A stretch of DNA of 64,000 nt from Escherichia coli (GTDB lineage: Bacteria; Pseudomonadota; Gammaproteobacteria; Enterobacterales; Enterobacteriaceae), in the NCBI RefSeq assembly GCF_003991155.1, contig NZ_CP031293.1; one strand, written 5' to 3'. The translations under genes and the position numbers were made by a program. Below, one piece after another: positions 48,977 to 60,144 of the stretch. Position 1 is the first letter of the stretch. Each line of letters begins with the position of its first letter. Under the pieces are notes generated by a model, which was not told where the DNA came from, did no database searches, and saw nothing but the letters and a program-made list of their open reading frames with translations.

Positions 48977-50830
48977 TTACATCTTCTCCAGCAACTTCTT
49001 CACATCTTTGCCATTGCGGGAATCTTTATTCCGCTCGGCCCAGTCATTCAGGCGACGTTTCGCTTCATCCTGTAGATGTTTGCGCAGTAACTGATCCACT
49101 TGCAGGCTGTAATTGAGTTGCTGCCAGTTGCCATAAACCCGCAGCGGTACTGGCGTTTCTTTGAGGAAATCAATCAGTTTGCTTTCTCCGTTCCAGCCAC
49201 CAATCACACGAATGTCAAACTGGGTGTCGCAGGTTTGATCTGCCAGATTCAACATGCCTTCCCCTGTCAGCGCCAGCACTGGCGATTGACCTTGCATGTC
49301 GTTTAACGTCACGACGCCATCCTTCAACGTCAAATCGGTGGTAAAGCGGTCAAGACGCGTTACGTTATCGAAGTTTTCAGCGGCCTTCACATCACCACCA
49401 TTACGTTCTACCGCTTGCTGAATCATCTGCTGGAAGTTCATCCCTTCCATGCGCGTGTCGGTCATTTCGACATGTGCCTGTCCTTGCCAGTTATGGCGGA
49501 ATGCGTCGGCATCTATGTCAGCACCGGAGAAATCACCAGCCAGTGACATCTTTCCGGTCAACGAAATCGGATAGTTAAACGCCTTCAGAATGGTACCAAT
49601 CTCAACGTTTTCCAGCCGTGGCTGGAAGTTTATCCGCGGATTTATTGATGTCGCGTCCAGCGTGCCCGGCAGCGAAACCTGTCCACCGTTAAGCTTGCCC
49701 TGCAGTTGAGTAATTTCCAGCAAACCCGACTTGTTGGTCATTTGCGTGGCAACGTCTGTAAAATTCATTCCGCGCCAGCGCACGTTACTGGCCTGCAACA
49801 AAATATCAGCCGTAAAGCCATGCAATCCCTGATAGGCCGGTTCATCAATACGCGAAGAAATGACCGGGCGCGGCAACGTGGATTGGCTCTGCCCTTGCTG
49901 CGCGGCACCGTTTTCACCGTTCGCTGTTTCTTTAAGCGGGATGAGGTTGTCAAGATTCAGTTGCGGGAATTGCAGTCTCAACTGCCATTCCGGTTTCTCT
50001 GTCAACGTGACCTGTGCTTGCCCGCTCAGCGTACTGTCATTGGCGGTCAAACTAATTTGGTTAAATGAAAGGCGTTTATGTGACTCCTGCCACTGGGCCT
50101 GGAAACTCCCCTGCCCCTGAATACCTTGTTTTGGTAAATCGGCACCCTGCAACTGCCAGTTAATTTGTTCAATAGCCGCCGTTAAATCATGCGGATAATC
50201 AGAAGCATCTACCGTACCGTTAAGGGATATCGTGAGGTCGCGCTGATCGCGATTAACCCGCCCGGAGAACTCAAATGAGCCACGATGTTGGGGATCTTGT
50301 TCCATTTGCAGGCGGATATTGCGGATTGTCACCTGCTCGTCATCTTCATGCTGGAACACCAGCACGCTGTCCGCCATCTTAAGACTGGATATATCAAACG
50401 ACCATCCGCGATCGTCTGACAGATCCGGCAAGGTATTGTCGCGCGGTGCAACCGGAGCGTCTTCACTGCGCACCGCTTCCGTCTGCGGCGTCAGTTGGAT
50501 CACAGCCCCTTTTAGCATCACCTGCTTAACGCTCAGTTGATGACTCAGTAGTGGTAAAAGCGCCACGTCCAGACGCATGTTGTCGGCGCGAACCAGTGGC
50601 TGGCTCGCGCCCTGGGCGGTGAGAGACATTCGCCCGGAGAGGATACTAAGCTGCGGCCAGACGTGCCAACGCAGTGGCCCGTCGAGCTGCAATTGATAAC
50701 CGCTACGTGCAGCAACTTGCTTGACCATATAGTCGCGGAAATCATTCGGATTCACCAGCAACACTAACGCAGATAACCCGGCCACCAGCACGACCAGGAG
50801 TATCATCAGCGTCGTCAGAAATCGTCTCAT
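48977..50830 (-). CDS. asmA: Outer-membrane assembly / AsmA-family protein
   Basis: 617-aa ORF with N-terminal signal anchor (MRRFLTTLMILLVVLVAGLSALVL). Confidence 0.9.
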   Translation of the reverse strand: MRRFLTTLMILLVVLVAGLSALVLLVNPNDFRDYMVKQVAARSGYQLQLDGPLRWHVWPQLSILSGRMSLTAQGASQPLVRADNMRLDVALLPLLSHQLSVKQVMLKGAVIQLTPQTEAVRSEDAPVAPRDNTLPDLSDDRGWSFDISSLKMADSVLVFQHEDDEQVTIRNIRLQMEQDPQHRGSFEFSGRVNRDQRDLTISLNGTVDASDYPHDLTAAIEQINWQLQGADLPKQGIQGQGSFQAQWQESHKRLSFNQISLTANDSTLSGQAQVTLTEKPEWQLRLQFPQLNLDNLIPLKETANGENGAAQQGQSQSTLPRPVISSRIDEPAYQGLHGFTADILLQASNVRWRGMNFTDVATQMTNKSGLLEITQLQGKLNGGQVSLPGTLDATSINPRINFQPRLENVEIGTILKAFNYPISLTGKMSLAGDFSGADIDADAFRHNWQGQAHVEMTDTRMEGMNFQQMIQQAVERNGGDVKAAENFDNVTRLDRFTTDLTLKDGVVTLNDMQGQSPVLALTGEGMLNLADQTCDTQFDIRVIGGWNGESKLIDFLKETPVPLRVYGNWQQLNYSLQVDQLLRKHLQDEAKRRLNDWAERNKDSRNGKDVKKLLEKM

Positions 50831-50851
50831 GGTATCCTCAATGGGCCTGAA

Positions 50852-51433
50852 TTAGTCTTTATCGATTCGGCTGGCTACCGCGCCCTGCTGGTTGCGATAT
50901 TTCGCATCTTCACGGCGGTTGTAAGGTCGCGCCGCCGGGCCGGAAAGCGGCTCAAAGCTCAGCGCACCAATTAACATGCCCGGACGCAGCGCCAGCGGCA
51001 GCTTACCGGAGTTGTAGAACTCCAGCACAATGCAGCCAGACCAGCCCGGATCGATGCGGTGCGCGGTGACGTGCACCATCAGCCCCAGACGCGCCAATGA
51101 GGAACGCCCGTCCAGCCAGCCCACCAGATCGGCTGGCAGCGTCACCGACTCCAGCGTCACCGCCAGCGCCAGCTCTCCTGGGTGAAGATAGAACGCCTCG
51201 CTTTCATCGAGAACGATCTCATCGCTCATCACGCGGTCAAGCGCGGCGCTCACTTCATCTTTGGGACCGCTCAGATCGATAAACGCTGCCGTGTGACCAC
51301 GGAAGGTACGAAATTTATTGCCCAGGCGCACATCCACCGTCGCGCCGTTAATACGCTCCACTGGCGGACGTGGGTTGATCGACAAACGGCCTTCATCAAG
51401 CCAGGCTTCAATATCTCGGTCACACAGACGCAT
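50852..51433 (-). CDS. dcd: dCTP deaminase
   Basis: 193-aa [22 protein letters not shown]... Confidence 0.95.
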   Translation of the reverse strand: MRLCDRDIEAWLDEGRLSINPRPPVERINGATVDVRLGNKFRTFRGHTAAFIDLSGPKDEVSAALDRVMSDEIVLDESEAFYLHPGELALAVTLESVTLPADLVGWLDGRSSLARLGLMVHVTAHRIDPGWSGCIVLEFYNSGKLPLALRPGMLIGALSFEPLSGPAARPYNRREDAKYRNQQGAVASRIDKD

Positions 51434-51524
51434 GGCATTTTCTCCTTTCGAGCATCACTCCCTTAACGCCAATTACGTCAAGGGCATACCAGGTTATCAC
51501 TGAACGGTACACAATTTATCAAGC

Positions 51525-52166
51525 TTATTCAAAGAACTGACTTATTTTCGCTTTCAATATATCGATCGCGATGCGGTTTTTCCCGCCGCGCGGCACGATA
51601 ATGTCCGCATATTGTTTAGAAGGCTCAATGAATTGCAGGAACATCGGGCGCACGGTTTTTTGATATTGCGCCATCACTGAATCCATTGAACGCCCACGCT
51701 CGTTAACGTCACGCTTGATGCGGCGCATCAGGCAGATATCCAGCGGGGTATCAACGAAAATGGAGAAGTTAAGTTCGTCACGCAAACGCGCATCCGTTAG
51801 CAGCAAAATGCCTTCGAGAATGATGACTTTCTTCGGCTCAACCGTCACCGTTTCTTTCATACGCGTATGTTCAACATAGCTGTAAACCGGCAGGTCAATG
51901 GCCGAGCCGCGTTTCAACGCTTGTAAATGCTCAAGCAACAGGCTGTGATCCATCGCGCTGGGATGGTCGTAGTTGGTCTTAACGCGTTCTTCCATCGACA
52001 GATGGCTTTGATCTTTGTAATAGCAGTCTTCGGGAATTACGCCGATGTGTTCATCACCGACTTGCTCACGTAATTCACGATAAAGGGTACTGGCAATAAG
52101 ACTCTTGCCGGAAGCCGATGCGCCAGCGATACCGATAATGACGCACTGATGAGACTGATCAGTCAT
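51525..52166 (-). CDS. udk: Uridine/cytidine kinase
   Basis: 213 aa from [22 protein letters not shown] (P-loop); the ORF track's 21-codon upstream extension is probably not translated. Confidence 0.95.
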
Positions 52167-52483
52167 ATATTTAGCGACCTGATTAACCTGGATGTTAGGA
52201 AGGGGGCGACGAAGCGCCAAACGCGGCAATTATAGGGATTTCATCCGCCTGATACCAGTCGAATAGCGTTGCCGCGCGCTCAGAGTTAATTGTTGACGAA
52301 GAATTCCCGGTGGCAAATTACGTTGATCAGTTTTATACAAGGTAAAAATTGTTATACGCAGTTGCGCAAATTATCCGCCTTTACGTCACTTTATGAGCAA
52401 TTCGCATATAAAATGTAAAACTTTTGTACTAGCATAAACACAGAAACGAATACTGGCGACCTGGTCTTGCGGATAAAGCGGTA

Positions 52484-55400
52484 ATGAGCAAACAATCACA
52501 GCATGTATTAATTGCCCTGCCCCACCCGCTGCTTCACCTGGTCAGTTTAGGTTTAGTCTCGTTTATCTTTACCCTTTTCTCGCTTGAGTTTTCGCAGTTT
52601 GGCACCCAACTCGCCCCACTGTGGTTCCCGACGTCCATCATGATGGTGGCGTTTTATCGCCATGCCGGGCGCATGTGGCCGGGGATTGCGCTGAGCTGCT
52701 CGCTGGGAAATATCGCCGCATCCATCCTGCTTTTTTCCACCAGCTCGCTGAACATGACCTGGACGACCATCAATATTGTTGAAGCCGTGGTCGGGGCAGT
52801 GCTACTGCGTAAATTGCTGCCGTGGTATAACCCATTGCAAAATCTGGCTGACTGGCTGCGTCTGGCACTCGGCAGCGCCATTGTTCCACCTCTGTTAGGG
52901 GGTGTTCTGGTTATCCTGCTGACGCCCGGAGACGATCCTCTCAGGGCATTTTTGATATGGGTACTGTCAGAATCCATCGGCGCACTGGCACTGGTGCCGC
53001 TGGGATTGTTATTTAAACCACACTATCTGCTGCGCCATCGCAACCCACGGTTGCTTTTTGAGTCGCTGCTCACGTTAGCCATCACACTGACGTTAAGCTG
53101 GCTTTCGATGCTGTATCTGCCGTGGCCTTTTACTTTCATTATTGTGCTGTTGATGTGGAGCGCCGTGCGCCTGCCACGAATGGAAGCCTTTTTGATCTTC
53201 CTTACCACGGTGATGATGGTGTCACTGATGATGGCCGCGGATCCCTCCCTGCTTGCTACGCCGCGTACATACCTGATGAGCCATATGCCGTGGCTACCGT
53301 TTTTGCTGATCCTGCTGCCCGCCAACATCATGACCATGGTGATGTATGCCTTTCGTGCGGAACGCAAACACATTTCCGAAAGCGAAACCCGTTTTCGTAA
53401 TGCCATGGAATATTCCGCCATCGGCATGGCATTAGTGGGCACCGAGGGACAATGGCTGCAATCCAACAAAGCGCTCTGCCAGTTTCTCGGTTACAGTCAG
53501 GAAGAACTGCGCGGACTCACCTTTCAGCAACTGACCTGGCCGGAGGATCTCAATAAAGATCTGCAACAGGTTGAAAAGCTGATCAGCGGTGAAATAAACA
53601 CCTATTCAATGGAAAAACGCTACTACAACCGCAATGGCGATGTTGTCTGGGCGTTGCTTGCCGTCTCACTGGTGCGCCACACGGATGGCACGCCGCTCTA
53701 TTTTATCGCTCAGATTGAAGACATTAACGAGCTAAAACGCACCGAACAGGTGAACAAGCAACTGATGGAGCGCATCACGCTGGCTAACGAAGCGGGCGGG
53801 ATTGGCATCTGGGAGTGGGAGCTAAAGCCGAATATTTTTAGCTGGGATAAGCGGATGTTCGAGCTGTATGAAATTCCTCCGCATATCAAACCGAACTGGC
53901 AGGTGTGGTACGAGTGCGTGCTGCCGGAAGATCGCCAGCACGCCGAAAAAGTGATTCGCGATTCATTGCAATCACGCTCGCCCTTTAAGCTGGAATTTCG
54001 CATTGCCGTGAAAGATGGCATCCGCCATATCCGCGCCCTCGCCAACCGGGTACTGAATAAAGAAGGCGAAGTCGAACGTCTGCTCGGCATTAATATGGAT
54101 ATGACCGAGGTTAAACAGCTTAACGAGGCATTGTTTCAGGAAAAAGAGCGCCTGCACATTACGCTGGATTCCATCGGTGAAGCCGTGGTCTGTATTGATA
54201 TGGCGATGAAAATTACCTTTATGAATCCGGTGGCGGAGAAGATGAGCGGCTGGACGCAGGAAGAAGCGTTAGGTGTTCCACTCCTGACGGTGTTGCATAT
54301 TACTTTTGGCGACAACGGACCATTAATGGAGAACATTTACAGTGCCGACACCTCACGTTCCGCGATTGAACAAGATGTGGTGTTGCACTGCCGAAGCGGC
54401 GGCAGCTACGACGTGCATTACAGTATTACGCCGTTAAGTACTCTGGACGGCAGCAATATAGGCTCGGTTCTGGTGATTCAGGACGTCACCGAATCGCGCA
54501 AAATGCTGCGCCAGCTGAGCTACAGCGCCTCCCATGATGCACTGACGCATCTCGCCAATCGCGCCAGTTTTGAGAAGCAACTGCGTATCCTGCTGCAAAC
54601 GGTAAACAGTACACATCAGCGACATGCACTGGTGTTTATCGATCTTGATCGCTTTAAAGCGGTGAATGACAGCGCCGGGCACGCCGCTGGCGACGCTTTA
54701 CTGCGCGAACTGGCGTCATTGATGCTGAGTATGCTGCGCTCCAGCGACGTGCTGGCGCGACTCGGTGGCGATGAATTTGGTCTGCTGCTGCCAGATTGTA
54801 ATGTCGAAAGTGCGCGTTTTATCGCTACACGCATTATCAGCGCCGTGAATGACTATCACTTTATCTGGGAAGGACGAGTACATCGGGTAGGTGCCAGTGC
54901 CGGGATTACCTTGATTGATGACAACAATCATCAGGCGGCTGAAGTGATGTCGCAGGCTGATATCGCCTGTTATGCCTCCAAAAATGGTGGCCGGGGCCGG
55001 GTGACGGTTTACGAACCGCAGCAAGCTGCCGCACATAGCGAACGGGCGGCGATATCGCTTGATGAACAGAGGCGGATGATTAAAGAGAATCAGTTGATGA
55101 TGATCGCCCACGGTGTCGCTTCGCCGCGGATCCCGCAAGCGCGTAATTTGTGGCTGATTTCACTTAAGCTCTGGAGTTGCGAAGGCGAGATTATTGATGA
55201 ACAAACATTTCGTCGTAGCTTCAGCGATCCGGCACTTAGCCATGCTCTTGACCGACGGGTATTCCACGATTTTTTCCAGCAGGCCGCAAAAGCGATTGCC
55301 AGTAAAGGCTTAAGCATCGCCCTCCCCCTTTCCGTTGCCGGTTTGAGTAGCGCCACGCTGGTGAATGAACTAATTGAGCAGCTGGAAAATAGCCCTCTAC

Positions 55401-55801
55401 CACCACGGTTATTACATCTGATTATTCCGGCAGACGCGATTTTAGATCACGCAGCAAGCGTGCAAAAACTGCGGCTGGCGGGATGTCGGATCGTATTCAG
55501 TCAGGTGGGCCGCGATCTGCAAATCTTCAACTCGCTGAAAGCAAATATGGCAGATTACCTGCTACTTGATGGTGAGTTATGCGCCAGCGTGCAGGGTAAT
55601 TTGATGGATGAGATGCTGATTACGATTATTCAGGGGCATGCTCAGCGACTCGGGATGAAAACCATCGCCGGGCCAGTCGTTTTACCCTTAGTGATGGATA
55701 CGCTTTCGGGCATCGGCGTCGATCTGATTTATGGTGATGTGATTGCCGATGCCCAACCGCTGGATTTGCTGGTGAATAGCAGTTATTTCGCGATTAACTA
55801 A
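52484..55801 (+). CDS. dgcE: Membrane-anchored diguanylate cyclase with MASE1-like N-terminus, PAS repeats, GGDEF domain and C-terminal EAL-like domain
   Basis: 1105-aa ORF; hydrophobic first ~300 aa, PAS-like repeats, GGDEF motif (RLGGDEFGLL), long C-terminal region. Confidence 0.9.
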   Translation: MSKQSQHVLIALPHPLLHLVSLGLVSFIFTLFSLEFSQFGTQLAPLWFPTSIMMVAFYRHAGRMWPGIALSCSLGNIAASILLFSTSSLNMTWTTINIVEAVVGAVLLRKLLPWYNPLQNLADWLRLALGSAIVPPLLGGVLVILLTPGDDPLRAFLIWVLSESIGALALVPLGLLFKPHYLLRHRNPRLLFESLLTLAITLTLSWLSMLYLPWPFTFIIVLLMWSAVRLPRMEAFLIFLTTVMMVSLMMAADPSLLATPRTYLMSHMPWLPFLLILLPANIMTMVMYAFRAERKHISESETRFRNAMEYSAIGMALVGTEGQWLQSNKALCQFLGYSQEELRGLTFQQLTWPEDLNKDLQQVEKLISGEINTYSMEKRYYNRNGDVVWALLAVSLVRHTDGTPLYFIAQIEDINELKRTEQVNKQLMERITLANEAGGIGIWEWELKPNIFSWDKRMFELYEIPPHIKPNWQVWYECVLPEDRQHAEKVIRDSLQSRSPFKLEFRIAVKDGIRHIRALANRVLNKEGEVERLLGINMDMTEVKQLNEALFQEKERLHITLDSIGEAVVCIDMAMKITFMNPVAEKMSGWTQEEALGVPLLTVLHITFGDNGPLMENIYSADTSRSAIEQDVVLHCRSGGSYDVHYSITPLSTLDGSNIGSVLVIQDVTESRKMLRQLSYSASHDALTHLANRASFEKQLRILLQTVNSTHQRHALVFIDLDRFKAVNDSAGHAAGDALLRELASLMLSMLRSSDVLARLGGDEFGLLLPDCNVESARFIATRIISAVNDYHFIWEGRVHRVGASAGITLIDDNNHQAAEVMSQADIACYASKNGGRGRVTVYEPQQAAAHSERAAISLDEQRRMIKENQLMMIAHGVASPRIPQARNLWLISLKLWSCEGEIIDEQTFRRSFSDPALSHALDRRVFHDFFQQAAKAIASKGLSIALPLSVAGLSSATLVNELIEQLENSPLPPRLLHLIIPADAILDHAASVQKLRLAGCRIVFSQVGRDLQIFNSLKANMADYLLLDGELCASVQGNLMDEMLITIIQGHAQRLGMKTIAGPVVLPLVMDTLSGIGVDLIYGDVIADAQPLDLLVNSSYFAIN

Positions 55802-55838
55802 GGCGTGCTTCCCCATCGACTGATGCGGCGTATCAGGC

Positions 55839-56696
55839 CTACAATTCGTCCGTTCCGTCTGGTTGCCAGCCTTCCGTATACCAGATATGCAACAGCGCAT
55901 AAGAACGCCAGGGCTTCCAGCGTTCGGCATAACGGCGGATTTGTGCCGGTGTCATTCCCGGAAATCGCTGTTTAATCAGATAATCATCCGGCAGGAAAAC
56001 ATCTTTCGCCTGCCAGCCACGTAAGGCGAAATAATTCGCCGTCCAGCGCCCGATACCCGGAAAAGTTTGCAGCGTTTTCATCGCTTGTTCTACGTCGCTC
56101 GGTATTGTCATTGGTAAGGTGCCCTCCAGCGCCGCATTTGCCAGATGAATCAGTGCCTCTGCCCGTTTCAACGGCATACCTAACGCTTTTAATGCCTGCG
56201 GGTCGGCTGCAGCCAGCCGCTGAGGCGTGGGGAAGCAGACATAATCCGGAAAATCATCCAACCGTTCGCCATAAAGCTGTGCCACTCTGGCGGTCAATTT
56301 TGCCGCCATCGCCACGCTCACCAGTTGGCCTAAAATCGCCCGCACGCCCTGCTCAAAAGCATCAACACTGCCGGGTAAACGCAATCCGGGCCGCGCCGCG
56401 CCTAACTTGCCCAACGCACCGTTAACAATCTGCGGGTTACATTGCAGATCAAACAGGCGGCTCATTTTCGCCAGACACTCTGCGGCAACAGGTTCTAAAC
56501 CTGCACTTAAATTTATGTGCAGAGTATGGCGGGCTATATCCGGAATAGCAGTCACCACGCCGCGATATTCGCCCATCGCCAGACTACGGGCATAATAATC
56601 GTCAGCGACCGTTTCCACACCGTTCACCGCACGGGCGGCGAGAAATCCCAACATCCACGACCAGTCATACGGCGGCTGCCAGTTCAGGGTATACAT
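55839..56696 (-). CDS. alkA: DNA-3-methyladenine glycosylase II
   Basis: 285-aa ORF MYTLNWQPPYDWSWMLGFLAARAV... with HhH-GPD region. Confidence 0.9.
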   Translation of the reverse strand: MYTLNWQPPYDWSWMLGFLAARAVNGVETVADDYYARSLAMGEYRGVVTAIPDIARHTLHINLSAGLEPVAAECLAKMSRLFDLQCNPQIVNGALGKLGAARPGLRLPGSVDAFEQGVRAILGQLVSVAMAAKLTARVAQLYGERLDDFPDYVCFPTPQRLAAADPQALKALGMPLKRAEALIHLANAALEGTLPMTIPSDVEQAMKTLQTFPGIGRWTANYFALRGWQAKDVFLPDDYLIKQRFPGMTPAQIRRYAERWKPWRSYALLHIWYTEGWQPDGTDEL

Positions 56697-56829
56697 CGCA
56701 TCTCCTTGTTAATCCGCTTTCAGCATAAACGTTATTCAGACGCTGCGCTTTGCTTTCATATTCCGGTTGTCGCGACGGCAACATTTCGCTAAAGTCACGC
56801 CCCTTCTTCACCGGCATGGGGATTATTTC

Positions 56830-58182
56830 GTGTTTATTGGTTTTGATTACGGTACAGCAAACTGTTCAGTGGCGGTCATGCGCGACGGTAAACCGCATTT
56901 GCTAAAAATGGAAAACGACAGCACGCTGCTGCCTTCAATGCTTTGCGCGCCAACGCGTGAAGCGGTAAGCGAATGGCTGTACCGCCATCATGACGTTCCG
57001 GCAGACGACGATGAAACGCAGGCGCTGCTGCGTCGGGCGATTCGTTATAACCGCGAAGAAGATATCGATGTTACGGCGAAAAGCGTGCAGTTCGGTCTTT
57101 CCTCACTGGCACAGTACATTGATGATCCAGAAGAGGTGTGGTTTGTGAAATCACCAAAATCGTTCCTCGGTGCCAGCGGCTTAAAACCGCAGCAGGTAGC
57201 GCTGTTTGAGGATCTGGTCTGCGCAATGATGCTGCACATTCGCCAGCAGGCGCAGGCGCAATTGCCAGAAGCGATTACCCAGGCGGTGATTGGTCGCCCG
57301 ATCAACTTCCAGGGGCTGGGCGGCGATGAAGCAAACGCCCAGGCACAAGGGATTCTGGAGCGCGCAGCGAAGCGTGCCGGGTTTAAGGACGTGGTATTCC
57401 AGTACGAGCCGGTGGCGGCTGGGCTGGATTACGAAGCCACCTTGCAGGAAGAAAAACGGGTGCTGGTGGTGGATATTGGTGGTGGTACGACTGACTGTTC
57501 ATTGCTGCTGATGGGGCCGCAGTGGCGTTCGCGTCTCGATCGTGAAGCCAGCCTGCTGGGTCACAGTGGTTGCCGTATTGGCGGTAACGATCTGGATATC
57601 GCACTGGCGTTTAAAAACCTGATGCCGTTACTGGGCATGGGTGGCGAAACCGAAAAAGGCATCGCCCTGCCGATTCTGCCGTGGTGGAATGCGGTTGCCA
57701 TCAACGACGTCCCTGCGCAAAGTGATTTCTACAGTAGTGCCAACGGTCGTCTGCTTAACGATCTGGTACGCGATGCCCGCGAACCGGAAAAAGTGGCCCT
57801 GTTACAGAAAGTCTGGCGTCAGCGTTTAAGCTATCGCCTGGTACGTAGCGCAGAAGAGAGCAAAATTGCGCTTTCAAGCGTAGCGGAAACCCGCGCCTCA
57901 CTGCCGTTTATCAGCGATGAACTGGCTACGCTGATTAGCCAGCAAGGGCTGGAAAGCGCCCTCAACCAGCCACTGGCGCGGATTCTGGAACAGGTGCAAC
58001 TGGCGCTGGATAACGCCCAGGAAAAACCGGATGTCATCTATCTGACTGGTGGTAGCGCCCGATCGCCGCTGATTAAAAAAGCGCTGGCAGAACAGTTGCC
58101 GGGCATTCCGATTGCAGGCGGCGATGACTTTGGCTCCGTCACCGCCGGGCTGGCACGCTGGGCGGAAGTGGTGTTTCGTTAA
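56830..58182 (+). CDS. yegD: Hsp70-family (actin-like ATPase) protein YegD
   Basis: Hsp70-like motifs (IGFDYGTANCSVA, VDIGGGTTDCSLL); most plausible start is the in-frame GTG at 56830 (VFIGFDYG), since there is no ATG right before the conserved N-terminus. Confidence 0.85.
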   Translation: MFIGFDYGTANCSVAVMRDGKPHLLKMENDSTLLPSMLCAPTREAVSEWLYRHHDVPADDDETQALLRRAIRYNREEDIDVTAKSVQFGLSSLAQYIDDPEEVWFVKSPKSFLGASGLKPQQVALFEDLVCAMMLHIRQQAQAQLPEAITQAVIGRPINFQGLGGDEANAQAQGILERAAKRAGFKDVVFQYEPVAAGLDYEATLQEEKRVLVVDIGGGTTDCSLLLMGPQWRSRLDREASLLGHSGCRIGGNDLDIALAFKNLMPLLGMGGETEKGIALPILPWWNAVAINDVPAQSDFYSSANGRLLNDLVRDAREPEKVALLQKVWRQRLSYRLVRSAEESKIALSSVAETRASLPFISDELATLISQQGLESALNQPLARILEQVQLALDNAQEKPDVIYLTGGSARSPLIKKALAEQLPGIPIAGGDDFGSVTAGLARWAEVVFR

Positions 58183-58194
58183 TTGAAAAATGGC

Positions 58195-60144
58195 TCAGTA
58201 GCGGCTTAAATCAGCCTTCGCCTGAGCCAGTTTTTCTGCCGCCTGACGTAGCTGCTCCATCAACGGCATGGTCCGTGCTGGAGCATGAAGGCGGAATCGC
58301 TGCAACTCTGTCGCACCGACAGTCAACGCCGATTCCAGCCGATGTCGTTTGGCGGTCATTTTCGCCATTACCGCTTGTCTGTCTGCTGGCGTTACCGCTT
58401 CATTCGGCCTGAAAACAAAACGGCGTTCGCAACTCGCTTTCCAGTCGATAACCGCCTGGGTCAGATGATCACCAAAACCTTTTACTTGCTTAACGCTCCG
58501 TCGGGTAACATCTGCGGCGGTTTCAATACCAAAGGACCGTAACGCCGCTTTACGCGCAGGGCCAACGCCGGGAATAGAGGCAACATCAATAAAAAATCCC
58601 TCCAGAAACTTCTGCTTCTGCCGTTCCCTTGCGGTGTCCTGAAGTGCTGCCAGATCGCGCTTTTCTTCTTCCGGTAACCCAAGAATTTCGTCCTTCATTT
58701 TTTCGAGCATCGTCCGTTTGGCGATAAAACCTTCCAGCCCGCCCAACTGTTGGATCTGGCTGACTAAATGGTCATAGTCCATTTTTGCGCGATTAAAAGC
58801 CTCTCTTTGTCGCTGGACTTCTGCTTTGTACGCTTTGCTTGTCAGGCTGCCAATAATCCAGATAGCCGCCAGCACGGGAACCAAAATGATATAACGCGGT
58901 TCTACCTGAAGGCCGCAAAGCAGCAGCGATAACGCTGACAGTGCGATCTCAATCAGAATGATGTATTCACGCCTTAACAGGCCTAAAGGAAGCGGCCTGC
59001 CAGTCGGTTGGAAATGATCGGGTAATGGCAGTTGCAATGCTGGTGGTGCTACTGACGCCATCACCATCGCCCAGACTTTCGCCAGCACAAAATCACCGCT
59101 GGTGGTAATGACCTCTTCGCCGAGATCAATAAAATAGATAACGCCTTGATTATCCAGCGCACACCACGGGCAGTCAGTCAAATGACCGGGGTAAACATGC
59201 ATTGCCGAAACGGTACATTTCTTTAACTGTTGGCGTAGTAAATCAAGTGCCGCAACCCACGCTTTTGCCGTCGGACGCCCGGTTGCCACGCCACTTTCCG
59301 TGAATGCCTGCTGAAACATGGCTTCAACATCACCTGGTAACATCGACAGCGGAATAGATCGTGGCGGCGGTTTTAAACCACGTCGCTGATTATCTGACGC
59401 GTAGGCATAACGGAAATGGGCAATATCCGTCTCCAGCGCATTACCCGCATCAGAGATAAGCGGTACACCGGAATAAGGATGCCGACCACCAAACAAGACG
59501 TGAAAAATCAGCAACGCAAGGCCAAAATTATCGTGATTCGCGGTGCGTTCAAAGCCAACAAATGACGACAAGGTTTGTAGCTCTGGCGGCGTAAAATGCG
59601 ACACGCCAACTTCGCATAAATGCAACGTGCCATTAGCGTTAATCTGAAAGGAGTCGCTATCAATCAACACCACTTTGCTGTCGCGACCTACCATAAAGCT
59701 GTTCTGGTTTACGTCACCCACGACGTGCCCGTGCTCGTGAATCGTAGCAAAAGATGAAGCAATATTGCGCGCAACATAGAGTAGAAAATCCCACGCACAA
59801 TGAGGGTAACTCTGGCGACGATGTGCCGGGCTATAGATCATATGAATCGGTTCTTTACCTGAAACCTTCGGCATCATAAAACCGATAACCTTTCCGCCTC
59901 GTCCACCGTGAAGCGTTGCCTGCGGCCAGGCGACATAATTCAACAATTGCGCGTCAGCTGTCGCAGCCATAAAGGCAAGTTTGTCCTGTTTTAAGGCGGG
60001 TGGCGGCGTGTGATAAATCTTGGCAACGCTATCGGCAAACTCCTCGATATCATAAACCGCACCTTCACCGCCTTTGCCCAGTTCACGGCCTGGCGTAACG
60101 CACTCACCAGTAGCAGTATATAAAGTGGGTTTCATGGTAACCAC
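58195..60144 (-). CDS. yegI: Eukaryotic-like Ser/Thr protein kinase with central TM segment and C-terminal extension
   Basis: 649-aa ORF with kinase-like N-terminus (GKGGEGAVY...AKIY; HGHVVGDVNQNSF; DSDSF); start could be the Met 9 nt downstream. Confidence 0.85.
   Translation of the reverse strand: MVTMKPTLYTATGECVTPGRELGKGGEGAVYDIEEFADSVAKIYHTPPPALKQDKLAFMAATADAQLLNYVAWPQATLHGGRGGKVIGFMMPKVSGKEPIHMIYSPAHRRQSYPHCAWDFLLYVARNIASSFATIHEHGHVVGDVNQNSFMVGRDSKVVLIDSDSFQINANGTLHLCEVGVSHFTPPELQTLSSFVGFERTANHDNFGLALLIFHVLFGGRHPYSGVPLISDAGNALETDIAHFRYAYASDNQRRGLKPPPRSIPLSMLPGDVEAMFQQAFTESGVATGRPTAKAWVAALDLLRQQLKKCTVSAMHVYPGHLTDCPWCALDNQGVIYFIDLGEEVITTSGDFVLAKVWAMVMASVAPPALQLPLPDHFQPTGRPLPLGLLRREYIILIEIALSALSLLLCGLQVEPRYIILVPVLAAIWIIGSLTSKAYKAEVQRQREAFNRAKMDYDHLVSQIQQLGGLEGFIAKRTMLEKMKDEILGLPEEEKRDLAALQDTARERQKQKFLEGFFIDVASIPGVGPARKAALRSFGIETAADVTRRSVKQVKGFGDHLTQAVIDWKASCERRFVFRPNEAVTPADRQAVMAKMTAKRHRLESALTVGATELQRFRLHAPARTMPLMEQLRQAAEKLAQAKADLSRY

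Noticed and set aside
55090-55356. Small minus-strand ORFs within dgcE (e.g. 88-aa ORF)
   Set aside because: Located inside the continuous 1105-aa dgcE reading frame on the opposite strand; no features of real genes.
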